From the NCBI GenBank assembly GCA_963755915.1, contig CAVWLP010000002.1:3936001-4000000 (forward strand): a stretch of DNA of 64,000 bases, in the 5' to 3' direction. Position numbers and translations under genes: made by a program. This document shows, in pieces, positions 53,170 to 62,292 of the stretch (the first letter of the stretch is position 1; every line of letters begins with the position of its first letter). Source of the stretch: an uncultured Phycisphaerales bacterium (GTDB taxonomy: Bacteria; Planctomycetota; Phycisphaerae; Tepidisphaerales; Tepidisphaeraceae). The notes beneath the pieces are model-generated. The model saw only the letters and a program-made list of their open reading frames with translations. It had not been told where the DNA came from and did no database searches.

Positions 53170-54095
53170 ATGCGAATCATTTTCACCGGGAGCGGGGAGT
53201 TTGGCTTGCCGACACTGTCAGCGCTCTTGCAGGCAGGGCACGAGATCGCGGCGGTTTATACGCAGCCTTCCCGCCCGGCAGGCAGGGGAAGAAAGCTGAC
53301 ACCCACCCCGGTGGGGGAGTATGCGGCTGGTAAGTCGCTGGCCGTTGTGGAGACGGCAGACATCAATTCCGAAAAACTTCCGCCGGCTGATGTGATGGTG
53401 GTCATCGCCTTCGGCCAAAAGCTGGCCGAGGGGATTGTGAATGATCCGAGACTGGGTAGCGTCAACCTGCACGCGTCGATTTTGCCGAAATATCGCGGGG
53501 CCGCGCCGATCAACTGGGCTATCGTGCGCGGCGAAACCGAGACGGGGAACAGCATTATCCGCATGGCCCAGAAAATGGACGCCGGGATGATCCTGGCCCA
53601 GTCGCGGATTTCAATCGGAGAAACAGAAACGGCCGGGGAATTGCATGACCGACTGGCGAAGGATGGCGCGGGCCTGATGGTCAAAACGCTGGGGGAGCTG
53701 GAGGCGGAGAAGATCAAAGAGCTTCCGCAAGACGAGGCGAAGGCGACGATCGCCCCAAAGCTTTGCGCGAGGCGGCGAAGATCGATTGGAATTCATCGGC
53801 CGCCGAAATTTCCCGGCGGATTCGAGGCTTTTATCCCTGGCCGGGGTGCAGGGTCGGGCTGGTGGATGCGCAGGGGAAGGAGTCTGCGCGGCTAACGCTG
53901 GTGCGGGCGTCGGTGGTAGAAAGCGAAGGCCCGCGATGGCACCCGGGGGAGATTACGATCTATGGAGATGTCGCGTGCGGAAGCGGGGGGGTGAGGATGA
54001 TTGAGCTTCAGCCGGATGGGAAGAGGGTCATGAGCCTGGAGGATTTTCAGCGGGGGCATTCGTGGATGCCGGGGATGAGATTGGAATCCATCTAA
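53170..54095 (+). CDS. fmt: Methionyl-tRNA formyltransferase; frameshift near 53765
   Basis: TQP.RPAGRG, NLHASILPKYRGAAPI, MDAG, A.IDW and IRG..PWPG; follows def. Confidence 0.95.
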
Positions 54096-54106
54096 GGGTG
54101 GGGCAC

Positions 54107-54331
54107 TTACGGCGTTTTGTGTTTCTTCGCGGCATTCCAGGCGAGGGCGAGCATGATGACGGAGAAGACGATGAGGGCCATTCCCCACCAGAGATTTATA
54201 TTGATGCCGAGGGAATGGGTGGCGTACATATCGTCGCCGAAAGTCACGGCGCCATAGCCGGTGAGGATGACGCCCACGATGCCAAACATCAGACCAATCG
54301 GTATTCGAATATCTAATCCGCCGCCGCCCAT
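54107..54331 (-). CDS. Small membrane protein associated with the SSS symporter
   Basis: LDIR.PIG..F...G and GININLWWG; two TMs. Confidence 0.75.
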   Translation of the reverse strand: MGGGGLDIRIPIGLMFGIVGVILTGYGAVTFGDDMYATHSLGININLWWGMALIVFSVIMLALAWNAAKKHKTP

Positions 54332-54343
54332 GTATGGGCTCCT

Positions 54344-56080
54344 TTATCTGAAGATCCAGTTGAGCGCGACCGTGACGATGAGGACGATGATACCGAGGGT
54401 CGCGGGCTGTTTGAACCAGGGGACGCCGTGCTCTTTGATTTTTGGGGTGAGGGAATAGACGAGGCCTTTGAGTTCTTCGTCGGTCTTGGTGCGCGGTGTA
54501 AGCAGCGAGATCACGACCGTGGCGATGAAGCATGACACGAACGCGTAGATCGCCTGCCAGAAATTCTGGGCCATGTCGGCGTAGTATTCGTGATCGTGTG
54601 CGATCCAGCCGCCGTGAATCCATCCGGTGCTGCCGCGTGCGGTGGTGAGCCCGTGATGGATCGCCGCGCCCAATGTGCCGGCGAGCAAGCCGAAAAACGC
54701 CCCGTGGCCGGTGGAGCGCTTCCAGAACATGCCCAGCATGAAGGTGGCGAAGAGGGGCGCGTTGACGAATCCGAACACCAACTGGAGCATGTCCATGATG
54801 TTGTTGAATCGCGTGGCCAGATAGGCGGCGGCAATACTGATGGCAATGCCGGCCACCGTCGTGACCCGGCCGACCCAGAGATAGTGCTGGTCGGTCTGAT
54901 TCTTGACGAGATAACTCTGATAGATGTCATAGGTGAATACGGTGTTAAAAGCCGTGACATTCCCGGCCATGCCCGACATGAATGAAGCCATGAGCGCGGT
55001 GAGCCCCAGGCCTAGGATTCCATGGGGGAAATAGCGTGCCAGGATCATCGGCGTGGCCATGCTGTAGTCCGGCCCGGATTTGTCTTCGGTGAGGGGAAGG
55101 AACGTCCCGCCGGATTTCTGCTGAATCACGATCGCGATAATTCCCGGAAGAATCACCAGCGCCGGGAAGAGCATCTTGGGAAATGCCGCGATAAGCGGCG
55201 TTCGGCGCGCCGCCGACATCGAATCGGCCGCCATGGCGCGCTGGACGACGAGGAAGTCAGTACACCAGTAACCGAAGGAAAGAACAAATCCCAGTCCGAA
55301 AACCATGGCAAACCAATCCACGCCCATGGGATTGTCCTGTGGCTGGGCCATGTGGCTCCAGGAGGAGGTATAGGTTCCAGGCGGAAATCCGTGACTGACG
55401 GCGACCGTGTTGAGCGCCTCGGTGATCGAATGCCAGCCGCCCATGTCGCGCAGCCCGAGATAAACAATCGGCAGAAATCCAAGCACGATCAGGAAGAACT
55501 GAAGGACTTCGTTGTATATGGCGGAAGTTAGTCCGCCCAGCGTGATGTAAACCAGAACGATGACAGCCGACCCGAGCAGCGCCATGTTGAAGTCCCAGTG
55601 GAGCAGAAGATTCATCAGCTTCGCCAGGGCATACATCGAAATGCCCGAAGAGAAGACCGTCATCACGGCGAAGCTGAAAGCGTTGAACCCACGGGTTTTT
55701 TCGTCGAAGCGCAGCTTGAGATACTCAGGGACCGACCGCGCCTTCGAGCCGTAATAGAACGGCATCATGAAGATGCCGATGAAGACCATCGCCGGGATCG
55801 CGCCAACCCAGTAGAAGTGGCTGGTCATGATGCCGTACTTCGCGCCGGAGGCGCCCATCCCGATGACTTCCTGCGCCCCCAGGTTCGCCGAGATAAACGC
55901 CAGCCCGGTGATCCAGGCGGGCACCGATCTTCCCGAGAGCAGAAAATCCCCGCTGGTTTTCATGAATCGGTTGATGACAAAACCGATTCCCAGCACGAAG
56001 ACGAAGTAGACGATGAGGATTACGTAATCGACATTGCCAAGATGGATTTGAATGTCAGCCGGAGAAATGCAATGAACCAT
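54344..56080 (-). CDS. Sodium:solute symporter
   Basis: DFLLSGRS, SANLGAQE, YWCTDF.VVQR and LMASFMSG. Confidence 0.95.
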   Translation of the reverse strand: MVHCISPADIQIHLGNVDYVILIVYFVFVLGIGFVINRFMKTSGDFLLSGRSVPAWITGLAFISANLGAQEVIGMGASGAKYGIMTSHFYWVGAIPAMVFIGIFMMPFYYGSKARSVPEYLKLRFDEKTRGFNAFSFAVMTVFSSGISMYALAKLMNLLLHWDFNMALLGSAVIVLVYITLGGLTSAIYNEVLQFFLIVLGFLPIVYLGLRDMGGWHSITEALNTVAVSHGFPPGTYTSSWSHMAQPQDNPMGVDWFAMVFGLGFVLSFGYWCTDFLVVQRAMAADSMSAARRTPLIAAFPKMLFPALVILPGIIAIVIQQKSGGTFLPLTEDKSGPDYSMATPMILARYFPHGILGLGLTALMASFMSGMAGNVTAFNTVFTYDIYQSYLVKNQTDQHYLWVGRVTTVAGIAISIAAAYLATRFNNIMDMLQLVFGFVNAPLFATFMLGMFWKRSTGHGAFFGLLAGTLGAAIHHGLTTARGSTGWIHGGWIAHDHEYYADMAQNFWQAIYAFVSCFIATVVISLLTPRTKTDEELKGLVYSLTPKIKEHGVPWFKQPATLGIIVLIVTVALNWIFR

Positions 56081-56154
56081 TCCCGTTTTCCTCTCGAAGA
56101 GCCCAGACTTCCGCCGGCGAAGATTCTAGAGCATCGGAGCCTTGGTTCAAGTAT

Positions 56155-56892
56155 TCAGGCGGATTTCCACACAGCGCCCGAAGGTTTGATAATAAGGGTC
56201 TTGGTGTCGACCTTGCCGACGATCTTGAAAACGTCGAGCTGAGCACAGAAGTCGATATCAGCGTCCTGGCCAACCTTGATATTGTTCTTGCCTCCCTGGG
56301 TTTCGCGAAGAGCGCCGCGGAGGTTATCCCGGCAAGCCAGGAAAAGCCTGCGGGCCATGCGGGCGGTATCGTTTGCAAGGAAATAGCCGACGCCCTGGAG
56401 ATATTCGCAGACGGCCCCGGCGCCGATGGTATCTTCCATCGAGATTTGCCCCGCTGTCCCCGAGCCGAGGAGAATGACCGGCTGATTGTCGGCCGCCGCC
56501 GCTTCCGCGACGGCCGTGGCGTTCACCAGCGCCCCCAAAAGTAAATTACATGCCGATCGCGCCGCGTTCATCGCCTTGGTGCCGTTGGTCGTGGCCATAT
56601 AGATATCGCGGCCGGCATGCTCTTTCGTAAATTGCCGCGGGCTGTTGCCAAGATCGACGCCCGGTGCCGGCAGCGCGTTAAGCTCCCCCAAAAGCAGAGG
56701 CCGCGGATTGCACTTTGCCACGGCCGCCTTCGCATCATCCAGTTCCGCAAACGCGTGAATCGATCGGATGCCGGCCGCAAAGGCGGAGGTGATCGTCGTC
56801 GTGGCCCGCAGGACGTCGAACACCACAACCGTTTTTTCCCCCAGCGGCTCATTGCCCAGATAGGCCGGAAGCAGTACGACTTTCACATCCAT
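56155..56892 (-). CDS. comB: 2-phosphosulfolactate phosphatase family
   Basis: VVFDVLRATTTI, DLGNSP, TTNGT and SMED...AG. Confidence 0.9.
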   Translation of the reverse strand: MDVKVVLLPAYLGNEPLGEKTVVVFDVLRATTTITSAFAAGIRSIHAFAELDDAKAAVAKCNPRPLLLGELNALPAPGVDLGNSPRQFTKEHAGRDIYMATTNGTKAMNAARSACNLLLGALVNATAVAEAAAADNQPVILLGSGTAGQISMEDTIGAGAVCEYLQGVGYFLANDTARMARRLFLACRDNLRGALRETQGGKNNIKVGQDADIDFCAQLDVFKIVGKVDTKTLIIKPSGAVWKSA

Positions 56893-56940
56893 GCACGCAA
56901 ATTTAGCGTTCGCATGGAAGAGGAGCAAAGAATCGCAGAT

Positions 56941-58326
56941 ATGCCAAACCGACTATGTGTTATCGACGTCCCCGGCTTGAGCCGGGAGCTCTTACCCGAA
57001 ATTCCCGCCGATTCGACCCTGGGAAAATGGATCGCCACCCAGCGCGTCGTCGGACTCACGCCAAGTTTCCCCGCCGTCACCTGCTCCGTGCAGGCAACCC
57101 TGACCACCGGAAAAAATCCCTCCGAGCACGGAATCATTTCCAACGGCATCCCCACGTTCCGCTCCGCCGATGATCAGAATCTCATCGACGCCAGCAACTT
57201 CGCCGCCAACCGTCGCGAGATCAGCTTCTGGGAGCAATCGAACCAGCTTCTCGACGTCCCCCGGTTCTGGCAGGACGAATCAGGCAAAAGCCGCTGGAAA
57301 ACCGCTCTGCTTTTCTTCCAGCAATCGATGCCCGGCTTCGCCGGAAAATTGAAGCCCGCCGCTGACATCGTCCTGACCCCCAAGCCCGACCACGGCCCAG
57401 ACGGAAAGCTCACCAGCCTCTGCTGGTCCGCGCCGCAAGATCTTGTGCCTCGGCTCTTCAAAGAACTCGGCCCATTTCCCCTGATGAATTACTGGGGCCC
57501 AATGGCCGGCATTGCCTCCAGCCAGTGGATTGCCAAGGCCGCCGCCATCGTTTGGCGCGAGCACGCTCCACAGCTCCAGTGGGTCTACATTCCCCACCTC
57601 GATTACGACCTCCAGCGTTTCGGTCCCAATTCCCCCCAGGCGAAAGCCGCGGTGAGAGATGCCGCCGGCGCCGTCGAGCCGCTCGTTATCGAGATTCTGA
57701 ATTCGCGCGGCAAATTGCTCCTCCTCAGCGAGTACGCCATGAGACAGGTAAATCGCGCCGTCCGGCCAAATCTGATTTTGAAAGAGGAGGGTCTGTTGCT
57801 GACGAAGCAGACGCCCGATGGATGGGTGGTTGATTTCGAGCGATCGTCGGCCTTCGTATTGGTGGATCACCAGATCGCCCACGTCTACGCGAAATCCGCC
57901 GAAGAATTGAACACCCTTGCGCAACTTTTAAAAGTCGAGGGCGTAAATTCGGTCGAGCCGCCGGACAAAGAATTGTACCACCGCCGCGCTGGCGACCTGA
58001 TTCTGACAGCCGGCCCCAACGCCTGGTTCGACTACCGCTGGTGGGACGACCCCGCAGAAGCTCCAAAATTTGCCAGGACCGTCGACATCCATCGCAAGCC
58101 CGGCTACGACCCGCTCGAATTATTCTGGGATCGCGCCGCCAATGCCGTCTCCCAGAACGCTGCCCTGGTCCACGGCAGTCACGGCGCAGTCCGAGAGGCC
58201 GAAGCCGTCTGCATCGGCGACGTGGAAGCCGATCTCACCGCCGCCGGCATCGCGCAAGATCCTCGAAATTCTGGAAGCATAAAAAAAGGCGGCCAACCCA
58301 ATGATCAGCCGCCAAAACCAAAGTAA
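56941..58326 (+). CDS. Alkaline phosphatase / nucleotide pyrophosphatase family protein; true stop possibly 58282
   Basis: FPAVTCSVQAT, YIPHLDY.LQ, LSEY, DHQIAH, DIHRKPGYDP.ELF and GSHG. Confidence 0.9.
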   Translation: MPNRLCVIDVPGLSRELLPEIPADSTLGKWIATQRVVGLTPSFPAVTCSVQATLTTGKNPSEHGIISNGIPTFRSADDQNLIDASNFAANRREISFWEQSNQLLDVPRFWQDESGKSRWKTALLFFQQSMPGFAGKLKPAADIVLTPKPDHGPDGKLTSLCWSAPQDLVPRLFKELGPFPLMNYWGPMAGIASSQWIAKAAAIVWREHAPQLQWVYIPHLDYDLQRFGPNSPQAKAAVRDAAGAVEPLVIEILNSRGKLLLLSEYAMRQVNRAVRPNLILKEEGLLLTKQTPDGWVVDFERSSAFVLVDHQIAHVYAKSAEELNTLAQLLKVEGVNSVEPPDKELYHRRAGDLILTAGPNAWFDYRWWDDPAEAPKFARTVDIHRKPGYDPLELFWDRAANAVSQNAALVHGSHGAVREAEAVCIGDVEADLTAAGIAQDPRNSGSIKKGGQPNDQPPKPK

Positions 58327-58350
58327 GGAGAGACTCAAAAGAAAGTAAGT

Positions 58351-58584
58351 TCAGGCCACAAACCGATCCGCGTTTTCCAGCGTCCCACCCGGCTTCGCAA
58401 AACGCGACCACGCCCGGCTATGGCACTTCGGGCAGATCACCGGCGGAACCACCGCCCCCTCCGGTTCAAATCCGCAGCATCTGCATTCAATCTTAACCAC
58501 CACCGCACGCGGCCGAACCGTGCCATGCGGGTCGTACTTGGCAAAATGGCCTTCCGCAGCGAATTGATCCATGCTTATAGACAT
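58351..58584 (-). CDS. Small 77-aa Zn-ribbon protein
   Basis: AAGGAG RBS; CRCCG...CPKC double knuckle. Confidence 0.7.
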   Translation of the reverse strand: MSISMDQFAAEGHFAKYDPHGTVRPRAVVVKIECRCCGFEPEGAVVPPVICPKCHSRAWSRFAKPGGTLENADRFVA

Positions 58585-58630
58585 ATTCGGGCTCCTTCGA
58601 TCTAAAAAGGACACTAACGCCCATGCCAAA

Positions 58631-58646
58631 AGCAACGACTATGCCG
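58631..58646 (-). promoter_or_regulatory. Sigma54 (-24/-12) promoter
   Basis: Minus strand CGGCATAGTCGTTGCT: GG-N10-GC with TTGC, 47 bp upstream of the Zn-ribbon ATG. Confidence 0.65.
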
Positions 58647-58767
58647 ATCGATCCATGGAATCTGGGAATGTGAAGCTGGAGCCTCAGATCGCAGGAAATC
58701 AAGGGGATAGAACGCAAAATCTTCACGCTTGGCCCGCAGAAGGGGCAGGGGGGCATGCATCAGAATG

Positions 58768-60165
58768 TCATGCCTGCGTCAAAACGTCGCTTCCCTGGGA
58801 CTTATCGGAGCCCTCAAGGTCGTATTGACGGAGCTTTCGCTGCAGGGTCCGCACCGAGATCCCCAGCCTCCCCGCCGCGTGGGTACGGTTCCCGGCGCAT
58901 TGCTGCAGAGCCCGGGCGATCGCCAGCCGTTCCAGTTCATCCATCGTGAGGCCCGACGGAATCTCCGTGCTCGAAGTCGACGGCATCGCCCCCGCGAGTA
59001 CCCGATCCGGCATGTCCCGCTCCGTCATCACTTCCCCATCCGCCAGCACGAGCATGCTCTCCAGCGTATTCCGCAGCTCACGGACATTCCCAGGCCACCG
59101 ATAAGACTCCAGCCGCTGCATCGCCTCGTGCGAAATTCGCCGCGCCGCCGTGTGCTTCTGCTCGCAGATCTGTCTCAGAAAATGTTCCACCAGGATCGGG
59201 ATATCATCCGGCCGCTCGCGCAGCGGCGGCAGCGTGATCGACACAACATTAAGCCGATAGAACAAATCTTCCCGGAACTTCCCCTCTTCCACCATCTTCC
59301 GCAAATCCCGGCTCGTCGCCGCCAAAACCCGCACATCCACCTTGTGATCCTCATGCCCGCCCACCGGCGTCACCGTAAACGTCTCCAGAACGCGCAGCAG
59401 CTTGGCCTGAAGCCCCAGCTCAAAATCACCGATTTCATCGATAAATAGGGTACCCGCATCCGCCTGCTCGAACCGTCCCACGCGCCGATCCGTCGCCCCC
59501 GTGAAAGCGCCGCGCACATGCCCAAACAATTCGCTCTCCACCAGCGTCGCCGGCACCGCCGCGCAATTCACTGCGACAAAAGGTCCTTTCTTCCGCGGGC
59601 TGTTATGGTGCAGCGCCTGAGCCACCAATTCCTTGCCGGTACCGCTCTCCCCCAGAATCAAAACCGTGCTGTCCACTGGGGCGGCTCGCTGGATTTTGTC
59701 GAAGACGTCCTTCATCAACCGCGACTGCCCGATGATCTGATCCAGCCCGAATTTGTGGTCCAGCCGTCGGCGGAGATAATCGATCTCCCGGTCTTTGGTC
59801 ACCAGTTCAATCGCCCGCCGGATGATCACGATCAACTCATCCGTATTGATCGGCTTCGTCACATAATCAAACGCCCCGGCCTTGATCGCCTCCACAGCCG
59901 AGTTAACGCTTGAGTGCCCCGTAAGAAGGATAAACTGCGTCTCCGGCTTCCGCTTTTTCCACAGATTCAAAAGGTCAATCCCGCTCACATCCCCCATTTG
60001 CAAGTCCGTGAGCACGACATCGATATTCTCATCCACATACCCCAGTGCCTTGTCCGCGTTTTCGGCCGTCAGGACGCTTAAGCTTTCGGACTTGAGAATG
60101 GCGCTGAGGGCCTTCCGCTGGGCGTCTTCATCCTCGACAACCAATACTCTTCCGACGTTTGACAT
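58768..60165 (-). CDS. Sigma54-dependent response regulator (NtrC/AtoC family)
   Basis: REC domain, GESGTGKE, GAFTGA, FREDLFYRL, WPGNVREL and Fis HTH. Confidence 0.97.
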   Translation of the reverse strand: MSNVGRVLVVEDEDAQRKALSAILKSESLSVLTAENADKALGYVDENIDVVLTDLQMGDVSGIDLLNLWKKRKPETQFILLTGHSSVNSAVEAIKAGAFDYVTKPINTDELIVIIRRAIELVTKDREIDYLRRRLDHKFGLDQIIGQSRLMKDVFDKIQRAAPVDSTVLILGESGTGKELVAQALHHNSPRKKGPFVAVNCAAVPATLVESELFGHVRGAFTGATDRRVGRFEQADAGTLFIDEIGDFELGLQAKLLRVLETFTVTPVGGHEDHKVDVRVLAATSRDLRKMVEEGKFREDLFYRLNVVSITLPPLRERPDDIPILVEHFLRQICEQKHTAARRISHEAMQRLESYRWPGNVRELRNTLESMLVLADGEVMTERDMPDRVLAGAMPSTSSTEIPSGLTMDELERLAIARALQQCAGNRTHAAGRLGISVRTLQRKLRQYDLEGSDKSQGSDVLTQA

Positions 60166-60304
60166 AACCGATCCTCATCTCTGGCAGATGAACCGGACCC
60201 AAAAATATCGTACTTCGTAATGTAATAGCATACCGTACAATACGCGGACAACGGACGAAATGTCCGACAAAACGCCCGGCAGCCCAAATTGTTCAAACGC
60301 TGAT

Positions 60305-61957
60305 ATGCCCAAGCGCAAACGAAACCTTCGCATTCCGCTGGCGGCAAAATGTCAGATTCTTTTCGGCGCTGCCGTCATCCTCATCATCAGTGCCGCCCTC
60401 TATGTCCCCTGGCGTCGAATGGATGACTTGATTCTCGAAGTAAACCTCCACACCGCCGAAGGCCTCGCCGAACAGGCCAAATTGCAGCATATCGTCGCCG
60501 AAGCCCAAAAGGGTGGAGCACCGCAAAATAGAGGGACTTTTCCCGCTCCCACCACCCAGGATTCTGAACTTGCCGTCCCCGAACTGATTATGCCTCGCCT
60601 GATCCCCATTGACCCCCCCAAATCGATGGTCCTCTCCAAATACGACTGGGACGCCCTCGGCTACTTCTACACCCATCCCGCACAGGTTCACTACCCCCGA
60701 ACCTATAAATTGAACGAAACCGAACGCTATCGCCTCGCCATGCCCCTCTACGCCGGCGATGCCCCCGCCTGCATGAAATGCCATGCCGGCCAAGGCGTCC
60801 CCCCCCTAAAGATCCAGCCCGCCTCCGCTGCCATCGCCGCCGCCCTCCCCGACGCACGAAAATTCCTGGGCATCGTCGTCGTGGATATCCCCTCCCAAGT
60901 CAACGAAAACCAGCTCTTCCTCAACCGCGCCTTCATTCTCCTCGCCGGCGTCATCGCCGGAACCCTCGCCACCGGAGTCCTCTACGTCATCACCACCCGC
61001 CTCATCCTCCAGCCCGTCCGCGTCCTCCAGGAAACCGCCGAAAAGGTCAGTGAGGGCGACCTCAACATCCGCTCCGACATCAGCACCGGCGACGAATTCG
61101 AACAGCTCTCCGAAACCTTCAACACCATGCTGGCCAACCTCAAATCCAGCGACGAGCAGTTGCGCGACATCAACAAGGCCCTCGATTTGAAGCTCGTCCA
61201 GTTGGGCGAGACCAACGTCGCTCTCTACGAATCCAACCGTTTGAAGAGCGAATTCCTCGCCAACGTAAGCCATGAGCTGCGCACGCCCCTCAACTCCATC
61301 CTCGGCTTCGCCGACCTGCTTCGCGACACGGTTTCCACCAACCCCGACCCCAAGGCCGCCCGATATCTCCAAAACATTCTCGCCAGCGGCCGCAATCTGC
61401 TCGAGCTGATCAACGACCTGCTGGATCTGGCCAAGATCGAAGCCGGCCGCATGGACGTACGGTCGGTCCCCCTCTCCCTGAACGATCTTTTCGAAGGCCT
61501 CACCAACCTGATCAAGCCCCTGACGGAAGGCAAGAAGGTCGAGATTGAAACCGCCGTCGCCCCGGACGTTCCGATCATGGAAAGCGATCCTTCAAAGATT
61601 CAGCAGGTCCTCTACAATCTGCTGTCCAACGCGATCAAATTTTCCCCCGAGGCCGGCCGGATCGATCTCACCGCCGACTTACACGACGCCGAAAAAATTC
61701 GCATCGCCGTACGCGATCAGGGCCCCGGCATCGAGCTGGAAAAACACGAGGTGATTTTCGAAAAATTCCGCCAGATCGACGGCTCCGTCACCCGCGAACA
61801 CAGCGGCACCGGCCTGGGCCTCGCCATCTCCCGCGAGCTGATCTCAATGCTCGGGGGCACCATCGGCGTAGAAAGCGTCCCCGGCAAAGGCGCGACCTTC
61901 TGGATCCTTCTGCCGCTTAAGATCCAGCCCGGCCAACATGACGTGCGCACAAAATGA
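60305..61957 (+). CDS. Sensor histidine kinase with HAMP and a periplasmic CxxCH
   Basis: Two TMs, CMKCH, SHELRTPLN, NLLSNAIKF, DQGPGI and GTGLGL. Confidence 0.95.
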   Translation: MPKRKRNLRIPLAAKCQILFGAAVILIISAALYVPWRRMDDLILEVNLHTAEGLAEQAKLQHIVAEAQKGGAPQNRGTFPAPTTQDSELAVPELIMPRLIPIDPPKSMVLSKYDWDALGYFYTHPAQVHYPRTYKLNETERYRLAMPLYAGDAPACMKCHAGQGVPPLKIQPASAAIAAALPDARKFLGIVVVDIPSQVNENQLFLNRAFILLAGVIAGTLATGVLYVITTRLILQPVRVLQETAEKVSEGDLNIRSDISTGDEFEQLSETFNTMLANLKSSDEQLRDINKALDLKLVQLGETNVALYESNRLKSEFLANVSHELRTPLNSILGFADLLRDTVSTNPDPKAARYLQNILASGRNLLELINDLLDLAKIEAGRMDVRSVPLSLNDLFEGLTNLIKPLTEGKKVEIETAVAPDVPIMESDPSKIQQVLYNLLSNAIKFSPEAGRIDLTADLHDAEKIRIAVRDQGPGIELEKHEVIFEKFRQIDGSVTREHSGTGLGLAISRELISMLGGTIGVESVPGKGATFWILLPLKIQPGQHDVRTK

Positions 61958-61977
61958 TTCTCTCATGACCACCGCTC

Positions 61978-62051
61978 TTCCCCCTCTCCCAGTAATCCGG
62001 CCTTCGGCTCTGAGGCTCAGGCTCGAAGAGGAGAGGGTCGGGGTGAGGGCC
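61978..62051. repeat. REP palindrome carrying a nested 29-bp CCTTCGGCTCTGAGGCTCAGGCTCGAAGA hairpin
   Basis: The outer arms match the 53112/27208 family; the inner part matches the IS481 target. Confidence 0.75.
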
Positions 62052-62292
62052 TGAAAACCATTCTCCAATCCCACTCGCCGCCATACCTGAACTGCCACGC
62101 AACAGTCCCTCACCCCCAGACTTATTTCTCTTCCACATCATCCCCGACCGTTCGCGAATTCTCCCCTTCCCGAAACGCCCACGGACTTCGGTGAGCTCAG
62201 TCGAACCGCGCCGCCGGGGGGGATCCTGACGCCGGTTTCGTAAATGAGCCAACTGTGTACATTGATGTGCAACTCCCCCTAAAATCCCCCCA

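Noticed and set aside
1603-54095. About 20 frameshifts suggesting pseudogenes or programmed frameshifting
   Set aside because: They are single-base shifts, often at homopolymers, they also hit the housekeeping gene fmt, and I saw no in-frame nonsense decay. Long-read indel error is the simplest explanation.
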